Origin: a virus
Lineage: Duplodnaviria > Caudoviricetes
DNA: 31,067 bases
IMG/VR virus record: IMGVR_UViG_3300011118_000023
Location: 1 to 31,067 of that record
Direction: 5' to 3' (one strand)
Shown: positions 18,501 through 26,821 of the stretch, in pieces
Layout: every line of letters begins with the position of its first letter
Position numbering within the stretch: position 1 is the first letter of the stretch
Translations under genes and position numbers: made by a program
The notes under the pieces: model-generated
Database searches by the model: none
What the model saw: only the letters and a program-made list of their open reading frames with translations
What the model was told of the DNA's origin: nothing

Positions 18501-21500
18501 CGCGCTCGGCTAGAGCAACACGGTTGCCGATGGCTTTCGTGGTGTGCATCTGGGGCACGATCTCGTCATCCAGCCAACGAGTGATGCCCTCGACAACTTC
18601 GGAACTTAGCTCTGGCATGTCGCCCCAGTGGATTCTCTGTCCTGCCTCAGCTAATTCATCCAATATCTGGCGGGTATCATCGGCACTGATGGTTGCTACG
18701 GCGTGCCGTGTGGTAGAGAGAGTTTCAACCCACTCGTCAATTAACTTTGCCATTTCTTCTTGCTGTGCAGGCTCCATGCCAGGAAAGGCCAATTGCTCAC
18801 CACGGCGGCGGCTGGCTATGAACTCGTCGGCCTTGCGGCTGAAGTCGTCCCAGTACCGACGCCACTCACCGCGCGAGTAAGTGAAATATTTCTCCCAGGT
18901 GCGGCTTCTGAGAGCTTGGTATTGTGGCCCTGGGTGCGAACGGACTATAGCCAAAGTGCGATCACGGGCCAAGTCGACCCGTTTGGCAGTGGGTGCGCCA
19001 GCCTGCATGTGATCCACCAAGAGGTTGGTTGTAGCTGCCCCATCTTCAGGATTGGCCTCGACGTGGCGTTTTAATTTCTCGCTCCAAGCCATGCTAGTGG
19101 CGCGATCTTTGACGAGTTGTTTCTTGAATTCGTCGGGCTGGAGAATGCCTGCCACTCGTGCGGCCTCCTCAGCATCTTCGATGTCTTCGATGATTTTTTC
19201 CTCAGCTTTGGCGGCCTCCATCAAGAGATCATCGCTTTTGCTTATCTCTGGCGCGAGGTCATCCAACCGCTTGACCAGCCAGTCATCTACCTCTCCACTG
19301 AGACCCTGCATCCTGCGGGCAAAGTCGTCGGCATCGGTGGCTTGCAATTTGGCATGCAGTATCTTCTGCCGCAGCCCGCCAGGTAGGTCGTCCAGGCGAG
19401 TTAGAATCTCATTGGGAAAATTGCGTCCCAGGCGCGAGGCTTGTAGCGCACCATACAGTTCTTTTTGGCTAATGGCATCGCCTGCCATTCGCTCAAAGGC
19501 AGTGGCTTGCGCCTTGGAGGGGAACAAGTTGCCCACCCAATCGGGCAACTTGATATTCCAGTGATCTTTCCAGAAGAAGCCCAAGGCTTGGTGGACGATT
19601 CTCTCACTGGCAGCGGTCTCAAATAACTCCGAGGGCTTGAGCATGAAAGTGCCCTTTGCCAATCTCTTCCAGAAGTCCTTGAGCATCGACTTTGGTATGT
19701 CCTTGGTGCGGACGGCTCTGAATTCTTCACCTATTGTTCCCAGTGCATTTTGTATCTCAATGCCGAGGTATCTCGCTCCAAGCCCACCGTAGCCCTTGCG
19801 CAGCTTGAGGGGGACATCGCCCCACCGCTTAGCAAATTCCTCTATCACATCTGCGCCTTCAAATGGTTGGTAGCCGCCTAACATCGACATACTAGTATTG
19901 CCAGCAGCGTTTCTCCAGGCCCATCCTGGGTTTAGGCCCATGTACTCGTACCTGCTCAAGATAGAACGGTAGAAGTCTTGTCCCCGCCGGACTATGTTCT
20001 TCTTGGGCTGTGGGTATATTCGTTCGACAGCTTTCTCCCAGCCGCCCAGCATGTTTTTGATTGCCTCGTTGGGCGTCTTGGCCTTCGTGAACCAATCGTC
20101 TACGACGGCTAGTGAGAACTCACCGGTTTTGGGGTCTGTAGCCAATTCTCTCAAGAATAACGTCGTCTGTTTCCCCATTCGCGACACTGGAAGATCGCCC
20201 AGTTGACTCTTGAGGAACTGTTGGGCTACAATTGCTTCGTCGCCCTTCCCACCAGCGGCGACGAACTCACGCAAGACGCGCTCTAGATCACCTGGGTCGC
20301 CAGCGCCCGCTTTCTCCATAGCGGCAGCGAGTGTTAAAGATACTCGTTCTCCCAACTCACCGGCCAGACCACGATTGCCTGAGCGGAAGGGATGTAGCAG
20401 CTTCCAGACCGGTCCTTTGAAACCACCAGCGACGTTGGCAGCGCCCTCGGCCTTCATGGTCTCTAGGATGCGACCATAATCAGCAAAGTCTTCCTGGCCC
20501 ACTAGCTTCATGGCAGCTTCTTTGCTCATGCCCATACGCATACGCCGCCCAGCGGATGAGGGGATCATGTTGAGCGGGTCGAGGACGAGCCTGCCGACCA
20601 ATTCAGCCACGGGGTTGGATAGCACGCTGTTGGCTTCGATTTCCTCCGGGGAGGCGCCTCCCCGGATGGCCTCCATAGTCATGTCTTCCAATGCGACATA
20701 TGCTTCGGCTGATTCTACTAAAGCGCGGTCATGTGCCTTGGGAAGGGTCAATCCCTCAACCATCCTGCTGTTCCACAGTTCCTCCATGTAGGTACTGGCG
20801 GCTGTCCATCCTTTAGTGTAGTTATTCATACCAGCCACAAACTCTTGAGGCGTGAAATCGAACTCTTTGCCTTGCAGTAGCCAACCCGTGAACTCTGCAC
20901 CGAGACCTATCACGCCCTGCTCGCCAGCAGCGTCGATGGCATTCAGACCTGCCACGGCCATACCCAGTGCTCCCTCAGTGCCTTTTCTCATCGCGTCAAA
21001 TATTGGTAGGCCGAAAAGTGTTCTTCCCTTGAGCCCAGCCAGTGGGACGGTGACGGCTCCAGCGAGCATACCTGCTGCTCTGACACCTACAGCAGCGAGA
21101 GCACCCAGTCGTGGTCTCTCCCAAAACGTAGCGGCGGCTTCCTCACCCAGGGTGATGAGTCTCTCTGCTTCCTCACCCATAGATTCCATAGGCGTCTCAG
21201 TGACACCGGCATGGATTTCTTGCTCGGCCTCGTTGAACCAACTTTGCGCGTGGACGGCTTGACGACGCAAAAACCATCCCCCTGCTTCCCCCCACGTTTC
21301 GGGGACCGGCTCTCGTGCCCAGGCCGGAGGTTCAAATTGCGGTATGGTTGGCGGCGCTTCGGTGGGTGGCGGTGCGGCCATGGGAGCCTCAATCCCTGGC
21401 GGGCGACCCGTGGCTAACTGCTGCCCAAGGGTAGGTTGGTAATACGGCGCGGTGGTGGGTTGCCATCCTGGAGGGTAGGTAGCCTCGGCTTGCGCCACAG

Positions 21501-21597
21501 TCTCATGGATGATCCGGCCTACGTCGCCGGTATCGTAGTCGATCTGTGGTCGTGGTCGTCTTTGTCTCTGTTGGAGCAATTCAGTAAAAGTTGGCAT
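15595..21597 (-). CDS. Giant (2000 aa) internal virion / ejection protein with an HExxH metallopeptidase module
   Basis: Largely helical, with Pro-rich ends, DPLN and MGLNPGWAWRN motifs, and AIHELTHAWW...NDHEMFA near the C-terminus. Confidence 0.7.
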   Translation of the reverse strand: MPTFTELLQQRQRRPRPQIDYDTGDVGRIIHETVAQAEATYPPGWQPTTAPYYQPTLGQQLATGRPPGIEAPMAAPPPTEAPPTIPQFEPPAWAREPVPETWGEAGGWFLRRQAVHAQSWFNEAEQEIHAGVTETPMESMGEEAERLITLGEEAAATFWERPRLGALAAVGVRAAGMLAGAVTVPLAGLKGRTLFGLPIFDAMRKGTEGALGMAVAGLNAIDAAGEQGVIGLGAEFTGWLLQGKEFDFTPQEFVAGMNNYTKGWTAASTYMEELWNSRMVEGLTLPKAHDRALVESAEAYVALEDMTMEAIRGGASPEEIEANSVLSNPVAELVGRLVLDPLNMIPSSAGRRMRMGMSKEAAMKLVGQEDFADYGRILETMKAEGAANVAGGFKGPVWKLLHPFRSGNRGLAGELGERVSLTLAAAMEKAGAGDPGDLERVLREFVAAGGKGDEAIVAQQFLKSQLGDLPVSRMGKQTTLFLRELATDPKTGEFSLAVVDDWFTKAKTPNEAIKNMLGGWEKAVERIYPQPKKNIVRRGQDFYRSILSRYEYMGLNPGWAWRNAAGNTSMSMLGGYQPFEGADVIEEFAKRWGDVPLKLRKGYGGLGARYLGIEIQNALGTIGEEFRAVRTKDIPKSMLKDFWKRLAKGTFMLKPSELFETAASERIVHQALGFFWKDHWNIKLPDWVGNLFPSKAQATAFERMAGDAISQKELYGALQASRLGRNFPNEILTRLDDLPGGLRQKILHAKLQATDADDFARRMQGLSGEVDDWLVKRLDDLAPEISKSDDLLMEAAKAEEKIIEDIEDAEEAARVAGILQPDEFKKQLVKDRATSMAWSEKLKRHVEANPEDGAATTNLLVDHMQAGAPTAKRVDLARDRTLAIVRSHPGPQYQALRSRTWEKYFTYSRGEWRRYWDDFSRKADEFIASRRRGEQLAFPGMEPAQQEEMAKLIDEWVETLSTTRHAVATISADDTRQILDELAEAGQRIHWGDMPELSSEVVEGITRWLDDEIVPQMHTTKAIGNRVALAERDYILYNYGEDLHIDAALSYLFPYPTWYRNTAMNVPRLLLYNPKYLEGYLDFKEAMRQINEEAQGLPWWEGQIKVPGTDFYFNLEASLNPLYNMITEFHDPMRTKTIPGQWLERIGNVGPSLDVALWALYAYWRFKAGEPEEARAAMGYLGTPTKAFRYATALLGLGEGRGITLEPWLWDDPLSFAGLDQYERFQVGRIFKQMENEGAATVEQLWDAGKMQSGDIWNEAVARMTKERAPGLFLSWFVGIGFKPRKAYDIQIQKARNAQYEFYQHAETAYDMSTDEGQAAYKEAQKALYRYYPFLSYIMLVRRGELERDKAYTWEVLNRLPPGSNGAAIKTAAGVDDPIIDLFYETRGDFSTWEDMDRAAFMASIEAMGAILGVPDKEQQQEWDRAIKIYGEVKAALRRVYGDDIWNLNDSYWKTRDVAGNDAAKAFADGNPRLYDFWDARNLAITESPILLSYWGSLDTLERVGENLLEEEVLRRWPNYEEAQAGYFKEFDKDEWREQRDYRREYIKQYPWLPDLWDFKDNMREEIAVVIEEFASEMKPPLGPVIRPDAELESVLVQRILDVVGAKLKAHEMLRGPSLFAGMGKQILQGMIAQPEGEEFLRKLFLMGPFTEQAIDYFEEEIEVKFGPEIEGGFYPGPTDFWVQLGNTKAETAIHELTHAWWEPRRGKRKEAFVKAVIRFAGEVIEPRSEGEMRVHNLAWTYVNGDPNDPSFHEGMKISKEKAKGYDLAFANGTYWNDHEMFAGLASGCMGDVRLLPYYLYQFYKDLFVRLPPEQPFYLEMPWEPEVTFPRYPIGAQEGTLAGAFPETTGAAEEALDGEAPSVVSYEGAAAGATPAPAGAPPVTPPAEAPPAAPSVEWPETLSWQFVKEYLGQTSFGLIQHFNTGLPLGEPIKARLEEIYAEYPLGFTDLASWLGFVRTLWRASLFSRGGLGGVTGLREQPRPLSWTSGAGAGRRFTPWG

Positions 21598-21600
21598 GGT

Positions 21601-22776
21601 CTAATAGACGTACAGGCCGCCACCAGCGTAAGTGGGAGGAGACTCTTCTGGTGGTTCTTCCCAGACTTCTTCTTCTATGCGTTGCATCCCTGGTGGAGCA
21701 TAGGGTGTCCCTGGCGGCTGCATGGCGTGCTGGCCGCCAGCCGTGCCGCCGGCCAGAGGCTCCCACACATGGAGCGGAGCACGTTGATAGGCCGCTGTGG
21801 AGGGCATCCACTGGATGGGCGCAATGGTCGGGCTTTCCCAATACTCTTGCTGGCTTTGCATAACCTGGCCTAGCCAGTCGCGCCACTGAGGAGGAAGCTG
21901 ATTGAAGTACTCCACCCCGCGTAAGTTGTACCAGCCAGGGCCAACAGGCGGCGCGGTATATTCACCCTCTCCCGCTTGCCATTGGGTGGGTTGCTCCCCA
22001 GGGGTAGTTGGCAGGTACACCCATCCCTCCTCGCCAAAGACCTCCGCCCCCCACCATGAGGGCACTGCTGGCTGTTCTTCGGGAGGAGCACCTCCCCCTC
22101 CTCCTCCTGGTGGTGTACCTGGCGGTGCCGCTCCAGGGATATAGATTTGTGCCCCTGCCGCAATGCGGTTGGGGTCGGGAATTTGATTTAGTCGGGCAAG
22201 TTCCTCTACGGTCGTCCCATAGCGTTGCGCCAGCGACCAGAGGGTGTCCCCCCACTGAAGGGTATATGTCCAATAGTCGCCCGTTGGCGGTGTTGGCAAT
22301 GGCCCACTCCAATAGGCACCGCCCGCTGGTGGGGGACCCCCGCCAGCTACTCCGCCGCCGCCTGCTGGTGGTGCTGCGCCTCCTCCGCCGCCCGCTGGTG
22401 GCTGTTGCGCCGGTGGAGCTCCTCCGCCCACGCCCGGAATGATGAGTTGCTGCCCAGGGTAGATCAGGTTAGGGTTTGCAATGCCATTGGCAGCCGCGAT
22501 GGCCTGCACGGTTGTCCCGAATTGGCGTGATATTGCCCAAAGCGTGTCGCCAGGCTGGACAACGTAAGTCCCGCTACTACTGGCGGTGGTAGCAGTAGAC
22601 CAAGGGGCCTGCCCCGCTTCCCATGTGGCTTGCCAAGGTGCGGCTTGCGTCGTCGTCGGGATGATGGGTACTAGTCCGCCGCCAGGCATACCAGCGCCGA
22701 ACGCGCCGTAGGTGGTTGGGCCTACTCCATGTTGTGTCACTTCGCCATACGGCGTGAGCCAATGTCCGTTTGGCAT
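21601..22776 (-). CDS. Protein with two LysM domains and Gly/Pro-rich linkers
   Basis: YVVQPGDTLWAISRQFGTTVQAIAAANGIANPNLIYPGQQLIIP and YTLQWGDTLWSLAQRYGTTVEELARLNQIPDPNRIAAGAQIYIP. Confidence 0.92.
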   Translation of the reverse strand: MPNGHWLTPYGEVTQHGVGPTTYGAFGAGMPGGGLVPIIPTTTQAAPWQATWEAGQAPWSTATTASSSGTYVVQPGDTLWAISRQFGTTVQAIAAANGIANPNLIYPGQQLIIPGVGGGAPPAQQPPAGGGGGAAPPAGGGGVAGGGPPPAGGAYWSGPLPTPPTGDYWTYTLQWGDTLWSLAQRYGTTVEELARLNQIPDPNRIAAGAQIYIPGAAPPGTPPGGGGGGAPPEEQPAVPSWWGAEVFGEEGWVYLPTTPGEQPTQWQAGEGEYTAPPVGPGWYNLRGVEYFNQLPPQWRDWLGQVMQSQQEYWESPTIAPIQWMPSTAAYQRAPLHVWEPLAGGTAGGQHAMQPPGTPYAPPGMQRIEEEVWEEPPEESPPTYAGGGLYVY

Positions 22777-23036
22777 TATGATTCCTCCATTAGCTTCTGG
22801 CGATCCTCAAACCACTTTTCTGGATCGCCACCACGGGCCAGCATCTTGCCCATGATGACATTTTGGACGTTGGACGGCAGAGCAAGGAATTCCTTGAACT
22901 CCATGATCTTCTGTGTTTTTGTAAGACGCGGCCCACCACGTGCGTCTTTGAACAGCGTCTCGAACTGCTCAATACGGGCATCAAGCGCAGTCTTGGCGGC
23001 GTCGATCATCGTGTTGAAAATGGCATCGTCGCTCAT
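22776..23036 (-). CDS. Hypothetical protein (86 aa)
   Basis: Overlaps the stop/start of both neighbours. GAGG upstream. Confidence 0.75.
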   Translation of the reverse strand: MSDDAIFNTMIDAAKTALDARIEQFETLFKDARGGPRLTKTQKIMEFKEFLALPSNVQNVIMGKMLARGGDPEKWFEDRQKLMEES

Positions 23037-24787
23037 GGCTGTGGCCCTCTTGGTGCTCCTGGTGCTACGCCCTCCAACGCGCGGGGTGCGCCAGGTGGCG
23101 GCGTTGCTTGCAATTCAGGCGGTGGCATGGGCTGTCCCATCTGTGGGTGAGTAGCACTGGTGTATGGCCCTGTGGGTGTCGGCGGTGTTGCCCCCACGGG
23201 CTGCGTTTCTGCCAGCCCCGGCATGATGCGCTCTCTCAGTTCCTCGTTGCCCTCCGCTAGAGCGATTTGCAATGCCGCGTTGATGATGGCTGGATTGTCC
23301 ATGAACTGTTCGACCATCTGCCGGCGTTCCTCGTCGGCTGGCTGCTCGATGCCTAACAACTTCTGCTGGATGGTGTACTTGCTGATGGGCAGCCGTGATT
23401 GAACTGCATTACTCGCGATAGCCCAGTTGCGGGCTACGTCCATCGGTAACTCGTCAGAGAGCTTGGCCGTCACCAGCCAGCCACGCAGGTCGTCGGCTTT
23501 CAGGGCGATGGCCGACCGCTCGCCCTCACTGAACACTTGGAGATTGCGCTCGCCAGGGTCGGCTTTGGCAAAAGCATGGGTACACTGTAATGCTTTTTGG
23601 ATGACACTGCTGATGGCAAGTTCAGCATTGCGCATGAAGGGCATGAGCCTCATTCTGTCGTTGGCGTTCATGCCTTGGACGACGGGTCCGGATTCGGGCT
23701 CGACGTTGGCGTAGGCCCACCGGCTAAAGCTGCCCTCCTCGACCATGTTTGCGGCAATTGAGATGAACCTGTACACACCTGGCGCGGCGTCACTGGGGGT
23801 CATTTGCTGCACATAGTCATTGAGTCTCTTGCCCTCACGCACTCGAACGGGGATGGTAGCACCTGGTGCAGTATTGATCTGAACACTCTCATCGTGCAGG
23901 ATGGGGGGGTCGGCAAAGGCCGCTACTACTGCGCTACCTTGGTTAAGCCAGCGTTCCAAAATGCTGATTGCTTCCCTGAGAGGGAACAACACTCCGAGTT
24001 TACGCAAGTGCAGTTTCTCAGCAGTGGTATCTCTGCCTACAAACTCGGTGTAGGGCAGGCGGTCGTAGTATGGCATGTCAACTGGTGACCTGAGCCACGT
24101 CGCGCCGGCGGCGGCGCAGTGGTAGACAGTGCCGTTGTTCCAATACCAGAGGTCCTTATAGAGCAACTCCTCCTCCGGCTCAGCCTTGCGCTTGCCTCCC
24201 TTTTCCGTGGCAATTTTGATTGTCTTGCCCCACTCACCTTCTAAGTCCTCGGCACGTCGCCAGCAGGCATACATTTGGGCGAGGTCTTTCTTCTTGCCGC
24301 CAGGGAGACACATCAAGTTTTTGTGATTGACATACCTAATGATAAGAGGCAACTCGGAGTATTCCGAGTCATCGCCTTCCAAGTCGGGGTCCCAACCACT
24401 GAACATCGCGCCACGCCCATACAGCACTTGGTCAAACAGAGCCCTTGCGATTTGGTTTCCCTCGTAGCGCAGGTTGTTCACGTAGAGGCAACCGGCTATG
24501 AACTTCTCCACACGATCAGCAGTGCGGTCGCTTCGCCGTGAGGGGGTGATCGGTTGAGCAGTGATTTTGGGCGGGTGCAAGCTAAGGATGGCATGGGCGA
24601 TGTCTACCACGTTGATTGGCTTGTTGACCATGATCCGCTCTTCGCCTGGCGTGGCTTCATCCCATGTGGCATAGTGGTTCATGTAGTACAGATTCTCATC
24701 ATAGACCCACGACTTGCGAGAGTCTGTGTACCTGCCTGACATTCGCGCGTGGAGGTCGTCAACGGCTGCAATGTTCTTGACTTTCAT
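23033..24787 (-). CDS. Portal protein (about 584 aa)
   Basis: Directly after TerL with ATGA coupling at 24784-24787. Portal-like size and pattern (DQVLYGRG, LPY, LFPL, ADPP, ESG) and a Pro-rich tail. Confidence 0.82.
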   Translation of the reverse strand: MKVKNIAAVDDLHARMSGRYTDSRKSWVYDENLYYMNHYATWDEATPGEERIMVNKPINVVDIAHAILSLHPPKITAQPITPSRRSDRTADRVEKFIAGCLYVNNLRYEGNQIARALFDQVLYGRGAMFSGWDPDLEGDDSEYSELPLIIRYVNHKNLMCLPGGKKKDLAQMYACWRRAEDLEGEWGKTIKIATEKGGKRKAEPEEELLYKDLWYWNNGTVYHCAAAGATWLRSPVDMPYYDRLPYTEFVGRDTTAEKLHLRKLGVLFPLREAISILERWLNQGSAVVAAFADPPILHDESVQINTAPGATIPVRVREGKRLNDYVQQMTPSDAAPGVYRFISIAANMVEEGSFSRWAYANVEPESGPVVQGMNANDRMRLMPFMRNAELAISSVIQKALQCTHAFAKADPGERNLQVFSEGERSAIALKADDLRGWLVTAKLSDELPMDVARNWAIASNAVQSRLPISKYTIQQKLLGIEQPADEERRQMVEQFMDNPAIINAALQIALAEGNEELRERIMPGLAETQPVGATPPTPTGPYTSATHPQMGQPMPPPELQATPPPGAPRALEGVAPGAPRGPQP

Positions 24788-26157
24788 GCGTAGACCCCTT
24801 GTCGCCTTGGAAATTTTGGCCGCCACACCGCTTCGGCTGGCACACGCAAACTTGGTGTGTAGCCAAATACGTCCACCAAATAGTAGGCTATTGCTTTCAT
24901 GGCGTGATTGTCTTTGTCAATTGGCTTCTCGTTCGCAGGCCGATCTTCATTGATGTCTCGGTATCTGTATTTGCCGTGTTCGGCAATTGAGTTAGGGCAA
25001 AGCTTTCGGTCGTAGAAGATTCTTGCTCTCGGCACGCCAATTGTGCCACCTGAGTAGCCTGGTGCATTTAGGAATGATTGGTAGCGCGTGATCCCATCTT
25101 CAATTGGAACATACTGCGATCTTAGGCGGAGATGGGTCAGTTCTTCCCAAATCTCAACTTGGGATTTTTGAGCATGGTGAGCCTTGGCTGTAACGTCGAT
25201 CACGCCACCAGTCGTGTAGGGCCACCAGGGGCGACCTTTCGCGATGTTGATGATCTCCCCGCCTAATGTTCGGCGGCGATAGATTTCATCCACCACCAGA
25301 ACGTAATCGCCCACCCGCCAGCAGGCCAGCACTGCGTATGGATTGTTGTATCCCGGATCAATGGCAAGCTCTATCTCGCTCTCGAATTCATCCCAGTCGG
25401 GGACAATATTGTCTCTGGTGTGGATGTCCCAGTCAAAGTCCTGACAGACCAATGTACTCGGCGGGCAGGGCCTTGCTCCAAATCTCTCTTGAAAAAGCGC
25501 TGGTGGGTAGCTTGCCCGCAGGGCCTCGATCTCTGGGTCATGCTCGCCGCCTGGGAAAATTGCCGTGTTACTCCAAGTCGGGAGTGAGAATGATACCCCA
25601 CCATCTTTGTTTGGCCGCTGCCACTCGCGCCACATTTCTGGCATCCACCCTAGGCTGCCCTCGAATGTGCCGCTCAGGATCATGGAGCCACGCCGCTCAG
25701 CGACGCGGCCTCTCAATCGCAGGAACGTCTCTCGGCTCTGCTGTGCAGCCTCACACATGACCACAAAGCTCGGTGCCTCCGCTGCCAGTCGCAAGATGTC
25801 ATCCGATGACTTGGTAAGCATCCTGTAGCCAGGTCCATATACCTCTCTGCTGCCCAATCGGGGTAGGTAGCTGTTGTCGACCAGCCCCAGTCTCTTGAGG
25901 TCTTCGTGAGCATAGTTGAACTCTGGCTTAGCAAGTTCATAGATTCCGGCGACAAACCAAACCAATTTATCTGGCTCGTCTGCGTCGTCTAGGACATGTA
26001 GCACTGGCTCGACGCCACTAAGCCGCGACTTCCCCGCCCGCTCCCCGCCCGCTACCAGTTTCAGTCTCGCCGGATGAAGATGAATTGGCAGCTGCCCCGG
26101 GTGGGGTGTGTACCCATTCGCCTTCAATAGCTTCAACAGCTTCAATTTCCTCAGCAC
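24784..26157 (-). CDS. terL: Terminase large subunit
   Basis: YTPHPGQ adenine-binding motif, Walker A GGERAGKS, variant Walker B VVMCE, SGT coupling motif, FQERFGA, nuclease AIDPGY and DKDNHAMKAIAY. Start uncertain (GTG 26157 or a nearby TTG; frame open to 26253). Confidence 0.93.
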   Translation of the reverse strand: MLRKLKLLKLLKANGYTPHPGQLPIHLHPARLKLVAGGERAGKSRLSGVEPVLHVLDDADEPDKLVWFVAGIYELAKPEFNYAHEDLKRLGLVDNSYLPRLGSREVYGPGYRMLTKSSDDILRLAAEAPSFVVMCEAAQQSRETFLRLRGRVAERRGSMILSGTFEGSLGWMPEMWREWQRPNKDGGVSFSLPTWSNTAIFPGGEHDPEIEALRASYPPALFQERFGARPCPPSTLVCQDFDWDIHTRDNIVPDWDEFESEIELAIDPGYNNPYAVLACWRVGDYVLVVDEIYRRRTLGGEIINIAKGRPWWPYTTGGVIDVTAKAHHAQKSQVEIWEELTHLRLRSQYVPIEDGITRYQSFLNAPGYSGGTIGVPRARIFYDRKLCPNSIAEHGKYRYRDINEDRPANEKPIDKDNHAMKAIAYYLVDVFGYTPSLRVPAEAVWRPKFPRRQGVYA

Positions 26158-26500
26158 TTGGGGCTGGAGCGTTTTGGATGAGTTGTTCGATGAGGATTTG
26201 AATCCTTGCCTTTTTCCCACCATCGGCGGAGGGGGCCTCGCTCCCCAGAGCATAGCGGAACAAGATTTCTGTGGCTTTATTCCCTTGTGCGGTTTGAGTT
26301 TTGGCTTGCTTAATTCTGGCTCGAACGATGGCCTTGAAGTCCTCTTCAGTCATCTCATCCGTGTACCAGAGCCAATGCTTCCGTAGGCCCTCCCGGATGA
26401 GTTCAAGGTTGTGGTAGTCGATGGCGGTGAGCGTCCGACCCAAAGAATTTGCCATGCCAGTTGCAACCCGACTCGATTTGCTCTTGCCATCTTTAGCCAT
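26018..26500 (-). CDS. Putative terminase small subunit
   Basis: 160 aa directly upstream of and overlapping terL. Helical core (KQAK...GNKATEILFRYALG). AGGAG SD. Confidence 0.6.
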   Translation of the reverse strand: MAKDGKSKSSRVATGMANSLGRTLTAIDYHNLELIREGLRKHWLWYTDEMTEEDFKAIVRARIKQAKTQTAQGNKATEILFRYALGSEAPSADGGKKARIQILIEQLIQNAPAPSAEEIEAVEAIEGEWVHTPPGAAANSSSSGETETGSGRGAGGEVAA

Positions 26501-26509
26501 CTTCTGCTC

Positions 26510-26722
26510 CTAGAACTTGCGCATCGTCAGGGCCAGCCGCGCTTGTTTTCCCCGCCGACCTTTCTTCTTGGCCTGCTGTCGGAGCCAAGAGACTTTGATC
26601 GTGCCTCGCTTGGTGAGGGCACCTGCCCGCTTGGCGGCAGCGGTCAACGCTCCAGGTCGCTTAATTGCTCCAGCGATCCATTTTTTCTTTTTCTTCTTCT
26701 TGCGCGTCTTGCGCTTTGCCAT
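26510..26722 (-). CDS. Highly basic 70-aa protein (KWIAGAIKRPGAL...KQARLALTMRKF), possibly DNA-binding
   Basis: K/R-rich first gene of the virion operon. ATG lies 6 nt after a TATAAT. Confidence 0.8.
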   Translation of the reverse strand: MAKRKTRKKKKKKKWIAGAIKRPGALTAAAKRAGALTKRGTIKVSWLRQQAKKKGRRGKQARLALTMRKF

Positions 26723-26728
26723 ACTCCC

Positions 26729-26757
26729 ATTATATCACCCCGTACCGCCGTGGTCAA
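26729..26757 (-). promoter_or_regulatory. Sigma70-type promoter of the virion operon (TTGACC-N17-TATAAT, extended -10), leaderless transcript
   Basis: Minus strand TTGACC acggcggtacggggtga TATAAT gggagt ATG. Confidence 0.85.
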
Positions 26758-26769
26758 GTGCGATCCACA

Positions 26770-26784
26770 CCTAAATAAATTAGG
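26770..26784. promoter_or_regulatory. Candidate operator palindrome CCTAA-N5-TTAGG between the two -35 boxes
   Basis: CCTAA ATAAA TTAGG, AT-rich within a GC-rich genome. Confidence 0.4.
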
Positions 26785-26786
26785 GA

Positions 26787-26815
26787 TTGACAATGTGTAG
26801 AATGTGTGGTATAAT
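26787..26815 (+). promoter_or_regulatory. Perfect consensus sigma70 promoter (TTGACA-N17-TATAAT, extended -10) of the early operon
   Basis: TTGACA atgtgtagaatgtgtgg TATAAT. Confidence 0.92.
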
Positions 26816-26821
26816 TCCTAT

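Noticed and set aside
15595-21597. Tape measure protein
   Set aside because: It lies among head genes, with no tail tube or assembly chaperone genes and no regular tape-measure repeats.
292-26800. Many plus-strand and nested ORFs in the track across the virion operon
   Set aside because: They are shadow frames of tightly coupled minus-strand genes, without SD sites or recognisable motifs.
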